Source: Candidatus Hydrogenedentota bacterium (GTDB lineage Bacteria > Hydrogenedentota > Hydrogenedentia > Hydrogenedentales > SLHB01). From it: 64,000 nucleotides of DNA. The notes below the pieces were generated by a model. That model was not told the DNA's origin. It searched no databases and saw only the letters and a list, made by a program, of their open reading frames with translations. The translations under genes and the position numbers were made by a program. The stretch spans positions 1,280,001 to 1,344,000 of the forward strand of contig CAXXYE010000009.1 of assembly GCA_963674865.2 (NCBI GenBank), given 5' to 3'. Shown in pieces: positions 56,905-64,000 of the stretch; the first letter of the stretch is position 1; each line of letters opens with the position of its first letter.

Positions 56905-58962
56905 ATGCTTAACCGGATGAAAAACAAGTCGGGGGCGGCGCCTGGCAGCGGGGGCAAAGGTCAGGATACCAAGGCCGCCGAGAGCCCGGCCACGAACGGC
57001 CTGCCGCTCGCTGCTCGGAGCGCGGAGCAGTCTTGCAAGCGACTCGGGGACATGCTTGTCGATGAGGGGGTGATTACCGAAGAGCAACTGCAGGAGGCAC
57101 TTGCCGCACGGAAGGAGCAGCGGGGCTTTCTCGGGCAGATTCTGGTCGATTCAGGCTACATTGACCAGGACACCCTTGTCGAGTTCCTGGTGAAGCAGTG
57201 CAAGATACCTCACATTCACCTCCGGGACTACGATGTTGGCCGGGACCTCCTGAAATTGATCCCGGAAGACCTGTGCATCAAGCATGCTCTCTTGCCGATT
57301 GACAAGCTTGGAAAGATTCTGACGGTGGCGATGGTGGACCCTTTCGATGTCGTAGCCCTGGAAGAGGTGCGCAAAGCGTGTCCAGATATTCGCATCAAGG
57401 CCATCCTCTGCAATTGGCAGGACTACATGGCGGTTGCCCAGAGGTCTTTCAAACTCGGAGACGAGGAGTCGTCCAAAGAGGAGGCCCCACAGCCGCCCTC
57501 GAGCAAGCCCGACGCCGACAACGCGCCTGACACGAAGGCAAAGGCTCCGGTAAAGGCCGACACGGAGGAGTCCAAGGTCGAGGCTGCCGTAGAATCGCTC
57601 GTGCAGGAGGCCGCCGGTGCGGAGGAGAAGACTCCCCAGCCGCCACAGTCTCCGCCGCCGGCGCAGGTGGATGAGGGTGCTGCGCCAGTGCGAGCGCGGC
57701 CCCGTCCCACGGCGCCCGGTGGCGCCTTCTCGCCAGACATTGCCGCGCTGATGCGCGAATCCGTTCAGGAGGCTGTTCGAGAGGCGGCGTTGGCGCTCGC
57801 GGCAAAAGAGGACAAGGTCCAGCGACCTGAGCCCGCCGCGGCGAGCGATGTGGCCGCCATGCTACGAGACGGCGTCCGGGATGGCGTCCAACAGGCGGTT
57901 ATGGCGCTTCAAGCACTCCAGGCGGATGCTCGCCCCGCTCCTGAAGAGCCGCATCGTGAGGAGCGACCCGGCTCAAGCGAAGAGTCCGGCGCACTTCTGA
58001 AAAGGATTGAGGAGCTCCTGGCCACCGTTACCTCGGCGGCACAGGCGGCGCAGGATGCGGCGACGCGCGCGGCCAACGAAGCCGAAGCTGCCGCGGCCGC
58101 CCACTCGGAGCGCGTCACAAAAAAGCGAAAGCATGTCTCGGTGCAACCCCTCGCGGTCGGGCCGTCGGCAGACGCGGAGTCAGGCGAGCCGGAAGTGATG
58201 GATGAGCGCGTGCGGGCGGCGCTCGACTCCGAACGCCCGGCGGGCGGTTTTACATTCACCAACTTCTTTGTTGGCAGGAACAATGAGTTCACTTGTGAAC
58301 TCGCCAAGGCCGTAAGCGCCAATCCGGGCGGCAAATACAACCCTTTCTTTCTCTACGGCGAGGTCGGCACCGGCAAGACGCATCTGATCAATGCCATCGG
58401 CAATGCGATCCTGGCAGGGGATGCCCCGGGGCGCGTGGGATTCGTGTCCTCAAGCCGGTTCGCGAGCCGCTTGGGCGATGCCGCGGCGGATAAGGCACTG
58501 GATGCTTTTCGTGCTGACTACTGCCATTGGGAAGTGCTTATCGTGGATGATGTCCAGTTCTTGGGAGGACGGCTCGAGGCTCAGGAAGAGTTCTTTCACA
58601 TATTCAACGCCCTCCACCAGGAGGGGCGGCAGATTATTCTCGCAGGCGACAGACCTCCCGATCAGTTGGGGCAGCTCGAACGGCGGCTTGTGTCGCGGTT
58701 TGCCAGTGGTGTCGTGGCTCAGCTAAGGTCCCCGGAATGGGAAACACGGATGGCCATCCTCCACCACCACGTCAGCGAGGCGAAGAAGGCCATGCCGGAA
58801 GAAGTACTCTCCTTGGTAGCGATGCGAGTGCCCCACGATGTGCGCAAGATGACTGGGTCGCTGCGCAAGATAGTTGCATTCGCCGAGCTTGTGGGCCAAG
58901 ATATAACGTGTGATCTAGCAAACGAGATTCTCAGCCACCTGGACGTGGACGAGGCGGCTTGA
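56905..58962 (+). CDS. MshEN/T2SSE_N - disordered linker - DnaA-type AAA+ domain fusion (no DnaA domain IV)
   Basis: RLGDMLVDEGVI..QLQEAL..FLGQILVDSGYI, LTVAMVDPFD; FTFTNFFVG, YNPFFLYGEVGTGKTHL, DDVQFL, QEEFFHIFN, DRPP, RLVSRF, DVRKMTG; the protein ends right after domain III. Confidence 0.9.
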   Translation: MLNRMKNKSGAAPGSGGKGQDTKAAESPATNGLPLAARSAEQSCKRLGDMLVDEGVITEEQLQEALAARKEQRGFLGQILVDSGYIDQDTLVEFLVKQCKIPHIHLRDYDVGRDLLKLIPEDLCIKHALLPIDKLGKILTVAMVDPFDVVALEEVRKACPDIRIKAILCNWQDYMAVAQRSFKLGDEESSKEEAPQPPSSKPDADNAPDTKAKAPVKADTEESKVEAAVESLVQEAAGAEEKTPQPPQSPPPAQVDEGAAPVRARPRPTAPGGAFSPDIAALMRESVQEAVREAALALAAKEDKVQRPEPAAASDVAAMLRDGVRDGVQQAVMALQALQADARPAPEEPHREERPGSSEESGALLKRIEELLATVTSAAQAAQDAATRAANEAEAAAAAHSERVTKKRKHVSVQPLAVGPSADAESGEPEVMDERVRAALDSERPAGGFTFTNFFVGRNNEFTCELAKAVSANPGGKYNPFFLYGEVGTGKTHLINAIGNAILAGDAPGRVGFVSSSRFASRLGDAAADKALDAFRADYCHWEVLIVDDVQFLGGRLEAQEEFFHIFNALHQEGRQIILAGDRPPDQLGQLERRLVSRFASGVVAQLRSPEWETRMAILHHHVSEAKKAMPEEVLSLVAMRVPHDVRKMTGSLRKIVAFAELVGQDITCDLANEILSHLDVDEAA

Positions 58963-58978
58963 TGTAGGAGGGCGAGGG

Positions 58979-60709
58979 GTGGCAACCAGACTATCCAGAC
59001 GCCGTTTGGGTGATGTACTCCTGGAGCAAGGGCTGATCAGCGAGGAGCAGCTCAAGGAGTGTATCCAGACGCAGCGTACGACGGGGCAAAGCTTGCCCAA
59101 CATCCTTGTTCAACGCGGTTATCTCGCGGAAGAGGATCTCGTCGTTACACTTAGTGAGCAGTTGGGCATTCCTCACATCCGCGTCGCGCATTACAACATT
59201 CCCAAAGAGGTCCTGAAGGAAGTCCCCGAGTCGCTGGCGCGCCAGTACCAGATGCTGCCTGTGTCCGTCACGGGGGACGTGTTGACGCTTGCGATGGCCG
59301 ACCCCCTCAATATCATGGCGCTCGACGACCTTCGGATGCTCACCAGCTACGAAATCGAGCCCGTTGTCGCTCTGATGTCGGAACTTGTCGAAGCCATCGA
59401 GCGCAACTACGGCGCGGGGCGCCAGGGCGCCGACCTGTACGCGGAGCTGGTCGAGAGCGAAGAAAGCGCCGCCGGAACGCTTGAGGTCGTCTCCGAGGAC
59501 GAAGGCGTCCAAGACATTGCGACGCTCGAGGCGGCAGGCGAGGAAGAGCCTGTTAAGCGCCTCGTCAACCTGATCATGCTGAATGCCCTCGAGGTGGGCG
59601 CGACGGACATTCACCTCGAGCCGTACGAGAAGATACTCCGCGTCCGCTACCGCGTCGACGGGGCGCTCGAAGAGGCGAAGAGCCCCCCAAAGAGCATGCA
59701 GGCCAAGCTGACGGCACGCCTTAAGATCCTGAGCAAGCTTCGTATCGACGAGCACCGCCGGCCCCAGGATGGCCGATTCCGGACGCGGTTCAAAGGCCGC
59801 GACATCGACTTCCGTATCGCCTTTCTTCCCTGCTACTACGGGGAAAAGGTTGTGATGCGTATCTTGGACAAGAGCGCTGTCTCGCTTGATTTCGAGAAGC
59901 TGGGCTTTGAAGAGCAGCCGATGCAGGCGTTCACCGAAGCCCTTAAACTGCCGCACGGGATGATCTTGGTGACTGGGCCAACCGGAAGCGGTAAAACAAC
60001 GACCTTGTATAGCGCGCTCCATCGGCTCAACACAATCGACGTTAACATTGTTACCGTCGAGGATCCTATCGAGTATGAGTTGTTTGGGATCAACCAGGTA
60101 CAAGTACACCAGGAAATTGACTTCACCTTTGGCAGCGCGTTGCGCCAGATCCTGCGCCAGGACCCGGACATTGTGATGGTCGGTGAGATGCGCGATGAGG
60201 AAACGGGCAGCACGGCCATCCGGGCGGCACTCACTGGACACTTGGTGCTGAGCACGCTCCATACCAACGACTCCGCCGGCGTGTTTCCTCGCTTAATTGA
60301 TATGAATATTGAGCCGTTCCTGGTGCAGTCATCCGTCGTGCTGGCGTCCGCGCAGCGGCTTGTTCGCAGTGTGTGTCCTGAATGCAAGGAGCCGATCAAG
60401 GTGCCTGCCGAGGTGCTCCAACGGATCCAATATAAGCCGTCCTCCGACGCCCCCCCGCCTCAGTTTGTCAGGGGGCGCGGCTGCAGCCGCTGCAAGGAAA
60501 CAGGTTACAAGGGACGCCTCGCGGTTATAGAGGCGATGCCGAATTATCCCGAAATAGGTGAGATGATCATGAAGCGCGCGCCGGGCTCGGATATCAAGAA
60601 GATCGCCGTGTCCTGCGGCATGAGCACGCTTCGCCAAAATGCTCTGGCCAAGGCCGCTCGCGGCTTGACGACGATTGAGCAGGTGCTCGAGCATACTGGC
60701 GCGGATTAG
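58979..60709 (+). CDS. pilB: Type IV pilus assembly ATPase PilB (GspE/PulE family)
   Basis: MshEN-like N-terminus, ATDIHLEP, PQDGR, GPTGSGKTT, EDPIEY, RQDPD.VMVGEMRD, GHLVLSTLHT, tetra-Cys motif. Confidence 0.92.
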   Translation: MATRLSRRRLGDVLLEQGLISEEQLKECIQTQRTTGQSLPNILVQRGYLAEEDLVVTLSEQLGIPHIRVAHYNIPKEVLKEVPESLARQYQMLPVSVTGDVLTLAMADPLNIMALDDLRMLTSYEIEPVVALMSELVEAIERNYGAGRQGADLYAELVESEESAAGTLEVVSEDEGVQDIATLEAAGEEEPVKRLVNLIMLNALEVGATDIHLEPYEKILRVRYRVDGALEEAKSPPKSMQAKLTARLKILSKLRIDEHRRPQDGRFRTRFKGRDIDFRIAFLPCYYGEKVVMRILDKSAVSLDFEKLGFEEQPMQAFTEALKLPHGMILVTGPTGSGKTTTLYSALHRLNTIDVNIVTVEDPIEYELFGINQVQVHQEIDFTFGSALRQILRQDPDIVMVGEMRDEETGSTAIRAALTGHLVLSTLHTNDSAGVFPRLIDMNIEPFLVQSSVVLASAQRLVRSVCPECKEPIKVPAEVLQRIQYKPSSDAPPPQFVRGRGCSRCKETGYKGRLAVIEAMPNYPEIGEMIMKRAPGSDIKKIAVSCGMSTLRQNALAKAARGLTTIEQVLEHTGAD

Positions 60710-60868
60710 GTCCGGCGTTGCCGACCTCTCAATGAGGCTTTCTGGACGGCTTCGTCAGCCCGCGGATGGGCACTTGGGCCGGAGTTAGGACAGGTATCGA
60801 GGGCGGGCGAGGCATATTCGAGTGGCGACTCCATCGAGGGGATGGGGCGGATCTGGAGGGAGATGACA

Positions 60869-61945
60869 ATGGCCGGCGTGCCAAGTATCAAAGAACTTCT
60901 GTCAAAGATGATCGAATTGAAAGCGAGTGATTTGCACGTGGTGGTCGGCGCTCCCCCCATCGTGCGCATCAATGGGTCCCTCGATCCCTTGCCGGGCTAC
61001 GAGGTACTCACGCCCGACATGACCCAAGAGATCGTCTATAGCGTGATGAACGAGGAGCAGGTAGCCGAGTTCGAAACCGAGAAAGAGTGCGACATGTCTT
61101 TTGGCATAGATGGACTCAGCCGGTTCCGACTGAACGTCTACCGCGACCGCGGCTCGGTGGTGGCGGCCTTCCGTGCGATCCCATTCGACATACTCTCCTT
61201 TGAGGAGCTTGGACTGCCTCGTGTGGTGGCAGACTTCGCGTACCGACCCATTGGCCTGGTGCTTGTGTGTGGGCCGACAGGTAGCGGCAAATCGACGACG
61301 CTGGCGTCGATTATGGACCGCATCAATCGCGAGCGGAAGGTCCACATCATCACGATTGAGGATCCCATCGAGTACCTGCACCACCACAATCAGTCGATCA
61401 TCAACCAGCGCGAGGTGCACGCTGACACGAAGTCGTTCGCGGCATCGTTGCGCCACGTGCTGCGGCAGGACCCCGACGTGATTCTCATCGGCGAGATGCG
61501 CGACACGGAGACGATACAGGCTGCGCTCACAGTTGCCGAAACGGGCCACCTCGCATTTGCCACCTTGCACACCAACGACGCGCTTCAAACGATCAACCGA
61601 ATCGTTGACGTGTTTCCGTCGAACCAACAGGACCAGGTGAGAACCCAGTTATCCTTCGTTCTCGAAGGTGTTGTGGTGCAACAGCTTATTCCGCGCTCCG
61701 ACGGGCAGGGCCGTGTCATTGCTCTCGAGATCATGGTGCCCAATCCCGCCATCCGTGCTCTCATTCGCTCGGAGAAGCTTGAGCAAATACCGTCGATGAT
61801 TGAGATTGGCACCGGCGAAGGGATGATGACCATGAATCAATCGCTCTATCGCCTTGCTCGCCGGAATATGATCACCGTCGATACGGCAATGAAGCGCAGT
61901 CCCAATCCGGAAGGGCTGCAACGCCTCCTGGAAAAGGGCTCGTGA
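60869..61945 (+). CDS. pilT: Type IV pilus retraction ATPase PilT
   Basis: ASDLH, RFRLN, GPTGSGKST, TIEDPIEY, DPDVILIGEMRD, GHLAFATLHT, AIRALIR. Confidence 0.95.
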   Translation: MAGVPSIKELLSKMIELKASDLHVVVGAPPIVRINGSLDPLPGYEVLTPDMTQEIVYSVMNEEQVAEFETEKECDMSFGIDGLSRFRLNVYRDRGSVVAAFRAIPFDILSFEELGLPRVVADFAYRPIGLVLVCGPTGSGKSTTLASIMDRINRERKVHIITIEDPIEYLHHHNQSIINQREVHADTKSFAASLRHVLRQDPDVILIGEMRDTETIQAALTVAETGHLAFATLHTNDALQTINRIVDVFPSNQQDQVRTQLSFVLEGVVVQQLIPRSDGQGRVIALEIMVPNPAIRALIRSEKLEQIPSMIEIGTGEGMMTMNQSLYRLARRNMITVDTAMKRSPNPEGLQRLLEKGS

Positions 61946-63552
61946 CGGAGCACCCGCTCGATCGCCTGCCGCATCAGGGGGCCGGGGCGGAAGTGCGGGT
62001 CGGATACGGGGGCGTCGCCCGCATCGTCGTCCTCTGCATTCTTATGGCCGGGGGGCGGCGGCTCATCGCCGCCGACCTGCCCAGCGGCCTGTACGTGCTC
62101 CCCGCATTCTATGCCGTCGGCTTCGTCTTCAGCGTGTTCCAGGTCCTTCGCCTGCGGCGCACTGAGGACATGCTCGCGTCCCTCACAAAGGCCCAGGTGG
62201 GCGTCGACTTCGCCGTCGTGGCCGCGACGGTATTCTACACTGGAGGTCCCAGAAGTCTCCTGACGTTCCTGTTTGTGATCGTGATCCTCGAAGCGGGCGT
62301 GCTCATGGGGATGGGGCCGAGCATTGCGTTTGCCACAGTGGCAGTCCTCTTCACATTCCTCACTTGCCTCCGCAGTGCGGGGCCTGATGACGCCGGCCAG
62401 ATGCATGAGTCCGTCATGCTCTGGTACAGCGTATTGATACAGATACTGGCGTTTTATCTCACGGCTTTCATTAGCGGCTATTGGAGCCAGCGCATCCATC
62501 ATCTGCGGCGATTCCAGCGCGAGATCATGGACAACATGAACACCGGGTTTTTGATCTCCGATCGAAGCGGCACGATAGTCGCCCTCAACAAAGCCGGCGA
62601 GAGGATTCTGAATCTCGAGCCGGGCGCCGCGCTTGGACGGCCCGCGACGGAAGTTCTGAAGGTGCAGGCCGGAGGGGAGTCGCCCATTATGACTGCCCTT
62701 CGCTCCCGGAGGGATTTTACGAGCTATGAGTTCTCCGCGGAAACCGGGGAGGGGGAGATCAAGCTCCTTGGCCTGACGACGAGCAAGATGCATGATCCGC
62801 AAGACAAGATGTCTGGCGTTATTGCGTCGTTTACGGACCTTACGGAAATGGCAAAGATGCGCGCCGAACTCCGGCGTCAAGATCGTATGGCCGTGATAGG
62901 GGAATTGGCAGCCGGCCTGGCGCATGAAATCCGCAACCCCGTCGCCGCGATTGCGGGAGCCGTGGAGGAGCTGAAGTCCAGCGTCAGTTCAGAAGGAATG
63001 GTCGGGCGACTGGCTGCCATCGCAACGCGGGAATCGGACCACCTGAATGAGATTGTCAGCGGCTTCCTTGATTTTGCGCGAAAACCCACCGTCAAACGCG
63101 AACTGCTCAACCTGCGTGAGCTCGTGGAAGAGGTCGCCGCACTATTGGGGCACGACTATGCCCACGCAGAGAAGCTCACCATCGCGGTGGATTCGCCCCA
63201 AGAGTCATGTGTCATTTCGGGCGACCGCTCCCAGTTGAAACAGGTTCTCGTGAATCTGGGGAAGAACGCCGTTGAGGCGATGGAAGAGTCGGGGACGTTG
63301 TCCCTTGTGGTGGCGCCCGGCGCCGGCTTCACTGAGGTACGGCTTGAAGACGAGGGGCCGGGCATACCTCCGGATCAGGTTGCGCGGATTTTCGAGCCTT
63401 TCTATACTACGAAGAAGCGCGGTGTGGGGATGGGCCTAGCGGTGTGCCTGCGGATTGTGACGGCCCATGATGGAATGCTCCGGGCGGTGTCGCGGGCGGG
63501 CGGCGGAACGACGATGAGCGTGCAGTTGCCTGTGGCGCGAACAGAGGAGTAG
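61942..63552 (+). CDS. pilS: PilS-like membrane PAS sensor histidine kinase
   Basis: Multiple TMs, PAS domain, H-box LAHEIRNP, N-box NAVEA, DEGPG, FEPFYTTK, GVGMGL; GTGA coupling to pilT. Confidence 0.8.
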   Translation: MTEHPLDRLPHQGAGAEVRVGYGGVARIVVLCILMAGGRRLIAADLPSGLYVLPAFYAVGFVFSVFQVLRLRRTEDMLASLTKAQVGVDFAVVAATVFYTGGPRSLLTFLFVIVILEAGVLMGMGPSIAFATVAVLFTFLTCLRSAGPDDAGQMHESVMLWYSVLIQILAFYLTAFISGYWSQRIHHLRRFQREIMDNMNTGFLISDRSGTIVALNKAGERILNLEPGAALGRPATEVLKVQAGGESPIMTALRSRRDFTSYEFSAETGEGEIKLLGLTTSKMHDPQDKMSGVIASFTDLTEMAKMRAELRRQDRMAVIGELAAGLAHEIRNPVAAIAGAVEELKSSVSSEGMVGRLAAIATRESDHLNEIVSGFLDFARKPTVKRELLNLRELVEEVAALLGHDYAHAEKLTIAVDSPQESCVISGDRSQLKQVLVNLGKNAVEAMEESGTLSLVVAPGAGFTEVRLEDEGPGIPPDQVARIFEPFYTTKKRGVGMGLAVCLRIVTAHDGMLRAVSRAGGGTTMSVQLPVARTEE

Positions 63553-63561
63553 AGGGGCTTG

Positions 63562-64000
63562 ATGGCTCGACGCAAAGTATTGGTGGTTGACGACGAAGAG
63601 AGCATGCGGGAGCTGCTCACCATCGTTCTCGGGAACGATGGGTACGATGTGACCTCCGTGGCTGACGTCGATGCGGCATGCGGCGTTCTCGAAGAGCAAG
63701 CGTTTGACGCGGTGATTACCGACCTTCGGATCGGCCCTGATCGGGACGCGGGGATGGCGCTTCTTTCCTGGCTCCAGGAAAGCTCACCGACCACACCGGC
63801 GATCATGATTACGGCGCACGGGTCGGTCGAGTCGGCCATTGAGGCCATGAAGCGGGGCGCGGCGGATTACGTGATGAAGCCCTTCAAGAACGATGAGATC
63901 CGCCTCTTGGTGCGCCGAGCTATCGAGCAACGAGACCTGGTGCGCGAAAATGCGGCCTTGCGCCAGGAGTTGGCCAGACAGGGCAAACTCGAGGCGCTGA
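63562..64000 (+). CDS. pilR: PilR/NtrC-family response regulator (partial, runs off the window end)
   Basis: Translated by hand from ATG 63562: VLVVDDEESMRELL, ITDLRI, IMITAHGSVESAIEAMKRGAADYVMKPF. Confidence 0.8.
   Translation, partial: MARRKVLVVDDEESMRELLTIVLGNDGYDVTSVADVDAACGVLEEQAFDAVITDLRIGPDRDAGMALLSWLQESSPTTPAIMITAHGSVESAIEAMKRGAADYVMKPFKNDEIRLLVRRAIEQRDLVRENAALRQELARQGKLEAL

Noticed and set aside
56905..58962. Calling this gene dnaA or hda
   Set aside because: It lacks DnaA domains I and IV, shows no evident N-terminal clamp-binding motif, and sits in a pilus operon.
1..64000. CRISPR arrays, rRNA genes, prophage or recognisable defence systems
   Set aside because: No regularly spaced repeats or marker genes were seen on manual reading; short or degenerate arrays could have been missed.

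Overview
GC-rich (visually ~60-65%) chromosomal segment of a diderm, LPS-making bacterium. The gene mix (Tat sulfatase, many large secreted glycan-active proteins, pilB-pilT-pilS-pilR) suggests a lineage outside Alphaproteobacteria, for example Candidatus Hydrogenedentota; this taxonomy is only an inference. Core genes are tRNA-His, trxB, lpxA, a GnnA-like oxidoreductase, lpxB, polA, rho, trpS, corA, rlmB, thrS, pyrD and hisS. The window also holds a metal-uptake operon, a carbamoyltransferase/glycosyltransferase/deacetylase operon, one intact IS30-family element and the start of a type IVa pilus operon. Top candidates for something new: (1) the first gene of the pilus operon fuses an MshEN/T2SSE_N (c-di-GMP receptor-type) module to a DnaA-type AAA+ domain that lacks the DNA-binding domain IV; (2) a PilZ-PilT fusion with degenerate catalytic motifs; (3) a tRNA-His lacking G-1 (G1:U72, A73) together with a Caulobacter-type HisRS; (4) a DUF2946/CruR-like CxxC...RPPP leader ORF ahead of a porin plus ABC metal-uptake operon that has no ATPase gene. 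All calls come from reading motifs by eye; no searches were run.
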